From the human T2T-CHM13v2.0 reference genome, Homo sapiens: DNA of 64,000 bases. Location: assembly GCF_009914755.1 (NCBI RefSeq), contig NC_060928.1; one strand, given 5' to 3'. Positions 1 through 11,713 of the stretch are shown here, piece by piece (positions within the stretch are counted from its first letter, which is position 1; every line of letters starts with the position of its first letter). The position numbers and the translations under genes were made by a program. Below the pieces are notes generated by a model, which worked only from the letters and a program-made list of their open reading frames with translations, had not been told where the DNA came from and made no database searches.

Positions 1-1032
1 GTCCATAATTAGGCTATAACTCGTCAGCCCAAATTTCAATGTGACCTTTATTTTTTAGCAACTGCATCTTACTGTACACCAAAAGACTAGTTTCTATTTC
101 TGGAAAAATGAAAACTAAAGAGAGGCAGAGTGATCTTAAAGTTAATTTGGTTACTGAAGATTATTATTTTTTAATACACAAAGAAGAATGCTTTAATCTA
201 GGAACAAAATGATATCATTAATGGAATAGCTGAATATTTCAATGATATTTCTAATTTTATTATGGCTTCTTGGTAGATAATCCCTGCCCTGCTGCATTCA
301 ATTGGGCAGAATTATTGTGTCTCATAAGGCTGTCAAGTTAATCTGAATCATCGATGTTTGACAGGCAAATAAAAATGAAAATTATTGTTCCCAAAATTGG
401 GGATTATAGATCTCCTACGGAAACATACATGTGCAGTTTAATAGTGATAATCCTTCAATTTAGATGAGCAGCGTTATCTGCCTTGATAATTTTTAATATC
501 AAGGTCAGGATTTTATCTTCCAGATCAAAAATACTTTTAAAAATTATTACTTGGGCGACCATATACACACCGTAAAAATAAAAGTAATCATCTACAGGTC
601 TGTTTTTTCCCTTAGAGATATGAAAGTAGAATTATAAATTATGCATTTGTAGGTTAAAAATAATCTCTTGAAGCTTATTTTCAATCAAATTTTCTAACAA
701 ATTCAAACCACTGTGTCTCTCTTAAGGGAATCCATCACTATGGTTATTTCTCCACTCAACCTGTCCTTTTAGATCTCTAAAAAATGGAAGAACAACTTAC
801 AACTTTAAGAATGTTTACTGAAGCTGTTTCAGGAAGCCTTGACCTTTAGCTGCAGTTCTCATATGCAGGTCTTGTGACTATTTCATTTTATAACACAACA
901 TGAAAAATATAAAGAAAAGTAATGAGCAAATATAATCAAGTATGCTACACCATTATTTTAATCAGATGCTGCTAATGGCTTTCATTTTTGTATTTTGATG
1001 ATCAGATTAAATAGCTTTATACAAAGTGTAAT

Positions 1033-1197
1033 TTGAATGATCTTGTACAGGTTCTTATTTCAGTGGGGACTGAAATTCCTGAGCATCTTTTTATTGAACA
1101 TTTAAAATAATCTCTTTTTAGATGCCAAACTCTGAAATTAAAGGATAAAAAAGACCAGGTTCTTAAAGCATTGCTTTAATTAATATTTTTATGATTT
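1033..1197. repeat. Left arm of 165-bp inverted repeat (partner 1746-1910)
   Basis: Reverse complement aligns without gaps to 1746-1910 with 5 mismatches. Confidence 0.97.
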
Positions 1198-1519
1198 GAA
1201 AGTATAAATATCAGTGGCAATGAATTGCTTTTCATGTCAATCCAGCTCAGGATAACGTTTATATTTTGTAGAAATATGTAAATAGTAGAGGGTTCAGTGA
1301 TAAAATATTCACTATAGACAATAGAACAGAGAATAAAGGACATTCAGATATTGCTTTCTGTTTTTCCTATGTTTTAATCATAAAATATATACTAAAATGC
1401 AAAATTGTGTGTATATATTACATATTGTTACAAAATATAAAATGATTGTCATATATAATTTTCAAAACCATGTTTCCAAATAATAGATAACTTTCATACC
1501 TATATCCTTTTATCGTTTT

Positions 1520-1626
1520 GAAGACTGCTTTTAAGGATTTTGTCTCATCTGAATCATACATCCATGTTTTCTGAAATAAGCAGGTATAGTACACCTATTT
1601 TGTACATGAGAAATCTGACTCAGAAA

Positions 1627-1688
<62 letters not shown>

Positions 1689-1745
1689 CACCTAACTAGT
1701 GAACGATGGAGCCAGGACTTGAAATAGGTTTCCTGACTCTTAGAA
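1520..1745 (-). mobile_element. MIR SINE fragment interrupted by (TA)n
   Basis: cctattttgtacatgagaaatctgactcaga...gccaggacttgaa...ctgactc resembles the reverse-complement MIR core. Confidence 0.65.
1631..1684. repeat. (TA)27 microsatellite
   Basis: Perfect TA dinucleotide run. Confidence 0.99.
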
Positions 1746-1910
1746 AAATCATAAAAATATTAATTAACGCAATGCTTTAAGAACCTGGTCTTATTTATCC
1801 TTTAATTTCAGAGTTTGGTATCTAAAAAGAGATTATTTTAAATGTTCAGTAAAAAGATGCTCAGGAATTTCAGTCCCCACTGAAATAAGAACCTATACAA
1901 GATCATTCAA
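1746..1910. repeat. Right arm of 165-bp inverted repeat (partner 1033-1197)
   Basis: Direct alignment to the reverse complement of the left arm, 160/165 identical. Confidence 0.97.
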
Positions 1911-2419
1911 CATCCTTTAATATTTCCACAGAAACCTCAAACTGGTAAACTTGGTTATATAAGGGTAACATTTGCAGTGCTATAGATCTTGATCTAAATA
2001 AACTATCTTAAGAAATTCAATTCAATTTTATTGACAAATTGCCTGCTCTGTACCTGGAAGTTTGCTGTTCCTGGATAAAACATCTGCACATGAAACCTTA
2101 ACTCTGATCTCAAGAAGCACACAATTGGCAAGATAGGTAAATGCATGACGCAGTATGATGTAGTGAAACAGCTGACAATTAAGGAATATACAGGAAACTC
2201 AGAGGAGAGAAAAGCATTTGCCTCTTCTTGAATTGAGTAGGAAAAATGTGGTCCCTCAAATTTCAATTCAGACATTATGTACTAAGAGGAGACAGGACAT
2301 TGTCAGCTTTGTTCAGCCCTCCATCTTTATCACCTACATAGTGCAAGGAACTCAGTATTATTCATTGGCTATGTTAATGTACTTGCACAAATATTGTAAT
2401 TAATGTACTATTATTTATC

Positions 2420-2710
2420 AGTAGTATATAGTACAAACTTATGTTTATTGAGTGCAAGTCAACATGCTAGTTGCTTCATATTATTATCTTTAAATATTAC
2501 ATTATCTTTATTCCATATATTTACATTATCCTTAATTGCCAGAATGTTGCCAAAGGATTACTATGATCTTTATTTTATGGGTGCAATTATCGAGACTTAG
2601 AGAGGTTGAAAGACTTGGCTAATTTCACATAGCTAATCAGCGAAAGAACTGAGAATCAAAACCAGATTTACTTGGCTCTAAAATCTGTGCTCTTCTCTTG
2701 ACTACAATCT
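2420..2710 (-). mobile_element. MIR SINE
   Basis: tttattgagtg...gagacttagagaggttgaaagacttggc...gaatcaaaaccagatttacttggctctaaaatctgtgctc matches degenerate reverse-complement MIR. Confidence 0.65.
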
Positions 2711-3257
2711 ACCTCCTATTTCAGATCTCTTGAAGGTCCCATCTGACTCTGCTTATTTATTAAAGCACCAAAAAGGTCTTACTTATAAAATCTATTACCC
2801 TTATGTCAGAGGAATCCTCCTGTGTATATATTAATGTGTCCTCCCCGCCTTCCTATCCTAAATATTTTGGGACTACTTTAAATGACTGAAAGGCCTCAGG
2901 CTTTTTTGGGGGGATGGAGAGTGGATTTAGAGACGGCTGCTCTGCTTATTCATCATGATTTTAGCTCTGGATTTTCTAACAGAAATAAAGATGCAAGTGT
3001 TGCCAGAATTTGTGCACTTGAAGAATTTACTAGTTTTCACAGTAATTGTATTTTCATAATGTTTTAACAGATTAGGAAATTATCTCCATTGGGCCTGGTG
3101 AATTACCCTTACTAGCTTGTGGCTTCTCATTGGCTCATATTAGAAATGTGCTTATGCTTATAATGAATCTTACCAGGACTAGATTAAATTCTAATAATTT
3201 CTCCAGGGATAAGTTAGAGTGGGAACTGGCTACCCGTCTTAGACAACTGAGGAATGA

Positions 3258-3675
<418 letters not shown>

Positions 3676-4559
3676 ATAAAAACTGCCTTTCTACTGTCTT
3701 TGAAATTTTTATTTGAAATTTTCTCTAACTTAATTTGAATGTTTGTACATTTATTTTAAATATTCTGTTTTTGTAGATGAATTTATTAACTATAAATACA
3801 TTTTTCCAAGTACTGTGTTTATTGGATCACACAGGTATTAATATGTGGTTCTGGTCATAATTTGGTTCTAAGAAGTATAATTCAAAATTTCAGTTTATTT
3901 TTAACTCAGTAATTATTTTGAAGCATATTTTGTTATTTTATAATTATATTTCATTATGGAGAAATAATGTGTGGATAGCGTCTACATTTTGGAAACCACA
4001 AATATTTTTTCTTCTGAGCTAAAACATGCTTCCTTTACAAATATTTATGGAGAACTTGAAAAATCATAACATTTTTTTCTGTATCTTCAGTTGTCTATAT
4101 TATTCTATTAAATGAAGCCGTTTATTTTGTGTATTTTCTTGTATGAATTTTTAGTTGCTAAGAAAGGCTTGCCAATTGTCCTACTATGACAGTGTTTTTC
4201 AAATACATCATTTACATTGCACATATAATGCTACAGTGTGTGTTAAAGTTCATTGTAGTATAATTGTCCTGAAGATTTATAATTTTTAACAATGTAAAAT
4301 ATTTATCTTTATTAAATTTGACCTTTAATTCTATTTTATATTGCATAACATTGCCAATTTTATTTTTTGTCATTGCCTACCATATTTTGCATATTCTTTA
4401 TTTTCAAAATTTGAGTTGTTTTTTGACACATAGCATATAATTGGATTTTGGTAATGAAATATTTGTCATTTAATAGGGTATTTATCTATACTTCTTAAAA
4501 TTTTGAACATCGCATTCATTTCTGTTATTTTATCTTAATTTGCCATTCACTCATACAGA

Positions 4560-6155
4560 CTCTTTTAGAACTTGTGTTAAAATGATCTACTCAAGCTCTT
4601 GGCTGTTTAAATCTGCTTGGAATGTTCTGTTTTCTTAGCTTCTCTCATAGAACATGTATATAGTATTTCTCTACCTTTTTCCTCACTCTCTTCTAGTTGT
4701 CTTTAAGAGTTCTTTCCCCTTACCTCTCAAATACTGAAACACCTTAGCATTTTGTCCTATGTCCATATCTTCTTATTCTGTAATCTAACACTAGACACTT
4801 TCATCTAGCTCTTGGTTTCAAGATCTGTGTATATTCTAGCATTACATTCTGGGACTGTATATTCAAATTATCATTAAATATGACAGTTGAATACCCCATA
4901 AACACCTCAAATTTGATATATCAAAAAGATGGGCTATTTACATTTGCCTTCCTCAACCCCAATGTTTTTCTCCATTGCTCTTCATCTAGAGCATGATCAC
5001 GTTCAATTGCCCAAGCCAGAAAATTAAGTGCTATTCTTGAATTCTCACCTTGGTTCATGTTAATGGTACTGCTTACATACATCCTGAATTCATCTGCTTA
5101 TTTACATTCTTACCTCTACTATCTTAGTTCAAATAATCTTAAATTCCAGCTCATCTTAAATTCCAGCCTCAATCACTAAAATATATTCAAATGCATCTCT
5201 TCCCTTATTCTCTGTTGGTTCATCTTCTGTATTATATCTGCAATCACCTTTCTAAAATATATAAATGTCACATAAGTTTTAATAAGTAATATTTTATATA
5301 TATATATATATATGTGGTTGTATTTGTCCATTTTCACACTGCTAGAAAGATACTACTCAAGACTCAAGACTGGGTAATTTATAAAGCAAAGGGGTTTAAT
5401 TGGCTCACAGTTCCACGTGGCTGGGGAGACCTCAGTAAACTTACAATCATGGCGGAAGGTGAAGGGGAAGCAAGGCATGCCTTACGTGGTGGCAGGTGAA
5501 AGAGAGTGAGGAAAAAAGTGTTACACTTTTAAACCATCAGATGTTGTGAGAACTCACTATCATGAGAACACCATGTGGGAAACTGCCTCCATGATTCAAT
5601 CACCTCTCACCAGGTTCCTCCCTTGACATGTGGGGATGAAAATTCAGATGAGATTTGGGTGGGGACACAGTGCCAAATCATATCAATGGTCGTATCATTC
5701 CTTAGCTTAAAATCATTTGATGGTTCCCCATTACCTGCAAGATAAGAGCCAAACTTTTAGAACACAGCTTAAATATCCCTTCCTGTCTTGGACCATGCCT
5801 ACTTCTCTAATTTCATCTTCTACCCCTTCCCTTCCCAACTGTATGCTTCAGTAATCCTTTTACTTTTATTTAAAAGGATCACTTCAGTTAGGATGTTGCT
5901 GTCCCTACTCAGCCTCTCCTGACCAGACAAGTCTGGGTTAGGTTTTAGGTTCCTCTATAGAACACTGGTTATGTGTCCTTCTTCGTGGCACTTGTCACAT
6001 TAAGTTGTAATTAACTAATCACTTGAATGAATCCCCACCTGACTATATGCCTTTTATGAAGACCTGCCCGTTGTCTGCCATGCTTTCCCTTGTATTCCTA
6101 GCACCTTGCATTGTGAGGGCACAACACACAACATGGTGAATGAATGAATTCATTT
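4560..6155 (+). mobile_element. L2 LINE 3' remnant, split by the THE1 LTR
   Basis: Pyrimidine-rich L2-like text ending tattcctagcac...tgaatgaatgaatt (L2 tail). Confidence 0.65.
5319..5685 (-). mobile_element. THE1/MST (ERVL-MaLR) solo LTR, THE1D-like
   Basis: tgtatt...gactgggtaatttataaag...acaatcatggcggaagg...agatttgggtggggacacag...catatca; TG..CA ends; 5-bp TSD gtggt/atggt. Confidence 0.93.
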
Positions 6156-6879
6156 ATTTCTACATATTTGTATAAAGACACAAGAGGAGGTGAAAACTTA
6201 ATGGAAAGATAAATAGCATTTATTTAACACACACCAGTGTGCTAAATGTTTTAAAATGCATTACTTTTCCAATCTTTGAAAATTCAAAACAAATAGATCA
6301 AACTAGTGTTAAGAAAGGTTAAGCAAACTTACTTAAGATAGCATAGATAGCAACTAACAGAGCTAAGATACAAACTCTAAGTTATTCTTTCTTCTGCTCT
6401 ACAATATTTATTCATTCATGCCAAAAGCTTAGAAAATAATTAAAGGGAAGAAATAGGAGGCATCATTAATTTCCTTGGCAGAAATCCATTTAAGAGTCTT
6501 GGAACATCTTATAATAGTGAGTCTGTGATGGTTGTTTTGGTATCTCGACAGTACTAAAAGCTCCCCTATTTCTATTATTCCAGATCCCATGTCAACAACA
6601 TAAGATTTGTTTTTTTATTCTATCAGCTATAGTCTTATTATTCAGTATGTTCAACTCAGTTCAGAGATATTTATGAATTTATCACTGAAGGCCATCTGTC
6701 CTAAGGGTATGTGAACAAACACAATGACACCTAGAGAGAATAAGAGAAAATGATTGAAAGTATTGATCATCATTCTGATAAAATTTCTCAGAATTCTGTG
6801 GTACCAAGAAGGAGAGGGGCCCAGCTATCCACTGCTAGTTGCAAATATTCTTTGACTAAAATAAGAGTTTGTTTTCGTG

Positions 6880-7095
6880 ACATATTTACTATATCAGGCA
6901 CGGTTCTGTGTGCTTTACACCTATTAACTCAATTTTACTGACTAGCTAGAAATAATTTATTGCCATTCTTTAGTTTTATTTAGGAATTCGAGACATAGAA
7001 AGGTTAAATAAATTACCTATGCTCACATAAATTTTAACGGATTTGAAAACAAGCAGTGTAACTCCAACGTCTGTGATTATAACCATTATGCAGGG
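6880..7095 (-). mobile_element. MIR SINE
   Basis: atttactatatcaggcacggttctgtgtgcttta...aaggttaaataaattacc...ggatttgaa. Confidence 0.6.
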
Positions 7096-7369
7096 CTTTG
7101 GAGAAGTGTTTAAAAGTATCTTTTTCTATGCTACTTTGAATATAAATTTTATTTGTTAGCTCATGTTCTTATTGTTTGTAGTTAAACTCCTTGTTCTCAC
7201 CTCTGCTAGGGATCGTTTTATTTACTTGCTTATCACTAGAAAAGTGATATATTGTATCCTGTATTTCAGTTCTATCGGATAATAGCAAGAGCAAATTTGT
7301 TTATAGGTGAAGAAAGTTGAATTTCTAAGCCTTTCTGCTTTATTTTGTGACTTACATGTTTTTATGTTT

Positions 7370-7916
7370 ATATTTCCATAACCAAGATGGCCGTAATGAT
7401 CCTCTCAGTTTGACTAAACTTTACAAAAGCTTTTTCCTGTGTCTGGTACCCTGACCTACCTTTTCCTAGAGCATTTATTTTAGAAACCTTGTCATTGTAA
7501 AGGCCTTTTCTGCTCATTTGAGATGTGTATTTTTTAAAAAGTCGTTTGCCAGTTCCACATCCCAGAAATGTATCAAGCATCTAGGAAACATAACTGCAAT
7601 GTCATCTAAGATAACACCCTTATCACCCAGTCTCTGTGGGAGGGAAGGAGACCAACTGGTAGTCTTCTTGCTCCAAATTGTAAAACCTACCTCCTGTCAT
7701 AAATTTTAAGATTTATTTTTTCTCTAAAGCCAATTAGCAAGCAAACACAGGCAGCCTGTGAGCTCCCTCTCAGCCCAGCCTTTAAAAATCCTCCTGCCCT
7801 TTGTTGCAATGGAATTGAGTTCAAACTTAGTTCTGGCCTCTCTGACCTATTGCAGTAGCCTCAAAAATGTTCTTCCTTGCCTGTTTAATTTTCTCAAGTG
7901 CAATTTTGCTTTGACA
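7370..7916 (+). mobile_element. ERV1 solo LTR, MER34/MER39-like (5' boundary approximate)
   Basis: ttgactaaacttta, agagcatttattttagaaaccttg, cctattgcagtagcc and terminal caattttgctttgaca resemble MER34-group LTRs. Confidence 0.7.
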
Positions 7917-8319
7917 CCTTGTCTGTAGAAAACACATATTAATATCATGGTGAATATGTTGACAACATAGATTGGTCTTTTCCAGGTCTTAATTCTTTAC
8001 AAATGTTCAAAATTTTAAGACTTCGGTGAAGAAGATCTAGGTTGTAATGTTGTCATTTTTTGAAAGAAGAAATTGAATCTCAAAACACTCTGGTGAGCTC
8101 TTGTTTAAGATCAAATGAGAAAGCATGTTCTGGAGAAGAAAGTACATTTCCTCCATTTTGAGTTGTGAGTTCAAGGCATTACATCTTTTTAAGAGGATTA
8201 AAAAGGCAAAGATTGGAAATTATACATATATGTAAGCACATTATTGAGAGGTGGGGGCTGGGTAAATTTTAACTATAAGGAGAGTATAAACCAACAGACG
8301 CTAAGAAATAAACATTCAA

Positions 8320-8841
8320 TAAACATACGTGTGCATGTGTCTTTATAGCAGCATGATTTATAGTCATTTGGGTATATACCCAGTAATGGGATGGCTGGGT
8401 CAAATGGTATTTCTAGTTCTAGATCCCTGAGGAATCGCCACACTGACTTCCACAATGCAGCCATAAAAAATGATGAGTTCATGTCCTTTGTAGGGACATG
8501 GATGAAATTGGAAACCGTCATTCTCAGTAAACTATCGCAAGAACAAAAAACCAAACACCGCATATTCTCACTCATAGGTGGGAACTGAACAATGAGATCA
8601 CAAGGACACAGGAAGGGGAATATCACACTCTGGGGACGGTGGTGGGGTCGGGGGAGGGGGGAGGGATAGCAGTGGGAGATATACCTAATGATAGATGACA
8701 CGTTGGTGGGTGCAGCGCACCAGCATGGCACATGTATACATATGTAACTAACCTGCACAATGTGCACATGTACCCTAAAACTTAAAGTATAATAAAAAAA
8801 AAAAAATTAAAAAAAAAATAAAAAAAATAAAAAAAAAAAAA
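8320..8841 (+). mobile_element. Young 5'-truncated, 5'-inverted (twin-primed) L1, L1HS/L1PA2-clade 3' end
   Basis: Antisense ORF2 piece 8320-8457 joined to sense ORF2 end, 3'UTR and poly(A) 8455-8841; perfect TSD aagaaataaacattcaa at 8303-8319 and 8842-8858. Confidence 0.97.
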
Positions 8842-10930
8842 AAGAAATAAACATTCAAAAGGGAAAACCTAGATTCAAAAGATAAAAAGCACTTATTTAG
8901 TCATATACTTCCTTAGGCAATAACATGATCTACTCACTAGTTTAGTAGGAAGAATCACTGTGAAGATGAGACAGACTATCTGGGGAAATTACGGTTGCTT
9001 ATAATTGTTTACAGTTATTTAAACATTTTTAATGTAACCAAAAGAGGGAGTGGTATGCTATTCTGACTACTACTTTTGTTTTATTGAAAAATTCTCCAGT
9101 GGTTCCCATTGAAGATTGACTGAAAATAAATTTCCCCTTACTTTGGAAGTTTTTAATTATACTCAGTTATTTATCTGTCTTTTTCTTAGGGATCTGTACA
9201 TTTTTTTTTCAAAAACAAAAAGAGCAGTACATACAAGTAGGAAACATTTAATTTTTTCTGTTAAAAAACCCACAATATTTGCATATTTTTCAAATTGCTT
9301 TGTGTGCTTTCCAAAGCAGTGTTAAGCAAATCAGCACATTTATCTAAGGAGAAAATGATATCCTAAAATACTTTGAGAAACCTAACTTGTGAAATAGCTT
9401 CTAGCGTTCATGTGTTTCTACATGAAAACAAAACAAAACAAAACAAAAATACACAGAACATAAAGAGACTATCAATTAACTAATCAAGTTAATGACTTCT
9501 TTTAGGACACTTGAGCGGATTTCAAATGTGCATTTAAGTATTAAAATTAAACATTGAATATTCTGTGAAGAAAACTTCTATCATTTGAACAGAATGTGAG
9601 CTAAATTTGGGAGAAAAAATAACAGGGAATTCAGCCCACCAGATTTGATAAAATATTTTTCATGCATCTGATCTCTGGGGACAAATATTAAACTTTGGTT
9701 GTTTTCCCATAAGTCTCATCAACCCCAAACATAGAAAGTGTTTGGCTTAAGAAAAAAAAAAAAAACCCAAAAACAGGAATGTTCTTTTTCAACTTATATT
9801 TGTTAAAACTATGTGAAATCTATGTTACAGTGCAATATAAATACTATAAGGTGGCTACTTTTAATCAATCATTTTGGTTTCTGTTTCTGGAATTGCTAAC
9901 TCTGAATAGAGAACATAATAAGGGTGAGTTATCTCTTCTATTAGTTTTGGTACTGTATCATGCAATTTTAAAGCATTCATTCAAAGTAGGCATTTTATAT
10001 GAAAAAAAAACTTTATTTTTGAGATAAGTTCTTTCGATCCTCCAGGCATTTTGGATGTGGATACTTACTAGAGCTTCCGCCAGAAAGTTGTACTCAGGAG
10101 TGATTCTCTGCCAGAGCCATCCCCTGCCTGGAAGGTTAGATCAAAAGCATCAACATCAACAGATTTCTCTTCATGCTCACTCTGTCTGACAGTTTAGATT
10201 AGAAATATCTGCCAGCTGTTCCTTTTCCTACCTTTCTTAGTTTTAGTAAGGTGACAAATATAAGACTTATTAACATTTTTTCTATAGCTTAAATGTCAGA
10301 GTCAGCTTTCCAAATATGAAAAAAATCCTAGAATTTAAAAAGTATCAGGAATTTCAGCACATTACACTTAATATTTTAAATTATGGGATCTCCCACAAAA
10401 TTAAACAGAATTATAAACCACTTATCTTTTTGGAAGAGTAGAGAAGAGATAAAACACATTACTGTGTTTCTTACTAAAATGCAGAAGAATATAAATATCT
10501 CCAGGAAATGAAAATAAACTAAAAGAAAAACACAACTTATGACTAGTTCGTAGATAAAATATAACTTGACAGAGGAGGAGGCTGAGAGGAAATAGGAAGA
10601 AACCCCATTTATTGACTGCTTTGATTTTTGTTCTGTATAACCTTTGTCATTTCCTTTAATTTCTATGGTCTTTTTTCCCCTTAATTTCTGTGGTCTTTTA
10701 TTTTTAAAATAAAAATAATACTTGCCTTTTCCATCTGAAACAATTCAAAGTTAGAATGAAAAACTGTTTATACTATAAAGCATTATGTAATGTAAAAGAT
10801 TACTACTTTTTGAACCCACTGATTCTGTAATTTCTAAAATAATTATTAAGATATTCAAAATATTTTCACTTTTTCACATATTCAGTATGGATTTTGGAGC
10901 TTAGTTGGCTTCAATAAGATCTTGATGAGG

Positions 10931-11250
10931 GGCCAGGAGTGGTGGCTTACGCCTGTAATCCCAGCATTTTAAGAGGCCGAGGTGGGCGGATCACTTGTGG
11001 TCAGGAGCTCAAGACCAGCTTGGCCAACATGGCAAAAACCCATCTCTACTAAAAATACAAGAAAAAAAAATAGCCAGGCATGGTGGTGTGTGTCTGTAGT
11101 TCCAGCTACTCAGGAGGCTGAGGCACGAGAATCACTTGAACATGGGAGGTGGAGGTTGCAGTGAGCCAGGATCAGGCCACTGCACTCCAGCCTAGGCGTC
11201 AGAGGGAGACTCTGTGAAAATAATAATAATAATAGTAATAATAATAATAA
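10931..11250 (+). mobile_element. AluS (Sx/Sz-like) with (TAA)n tail
   Basis: ggccaggagtggtggc...cactccagcctagg; tail is a TAA repeat. Confidence 0.93.
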
Positions 11251-11559
11251 TCTTGGTTGGGAACTATTGGAAGTTCTAGGTGGCTCCTGCTCATAATAGG
11301 TCTCTGGTTACACTCACCACTTAACTCACCACCCTTCCTGAATCTTTTTCTTCCTAGTGAAGTTCATTGTAAGCAGTGGCAATATGCCAGACATTAAGGA
11401 ACATTCTGTGTTTCCAAGCAAATATGTAGTGGAGAGATCTGAATTAGGGTCCAGTTAGGCATCAGTAGCAAGGGATGGAGAACGGGGTGGGAGAGGTAGG
11501 GAAGGAGACAGTGAAATCTTTATGCTGACCTTACAATGAGTTTTGCGTTTTCTCCACAG

Positions 11560-11713
11560 TGGAAAGCTGACCTTTGCAATTGACTCTAGCATAGATGCTG
11601 CATTTGAGAAAAACTGTGTGTTTGGATAACTGCATGTGCTTTCTAGCTGTTAACTATTCTAGAATGTGCCTGAATGAAATCTGGAAGATTGTGATTAAGT
11701 TTTCATTCACAAG
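11560..11713 (+). other. Candidate 154-nt non-coding exon
   Basis: Branch-like tgctgac, acceptor ttttgcgttttctccacag|, donor aag|gtatgc; stops in all three frames. Confidence 0.3.

Noticed and set aside
1033-1910. Inverted repeat interpreted as a DNA transposon with long TIRs
   Set aside because: No TSD, no transposase, no recognisable TIR end, and the interior is ordinary genomic DNA with a MIR
8632-8665. G-quadruplex-forming tract
   Set aside because: Standard G-rich tract of the L1 3'UTR, not locus-specific
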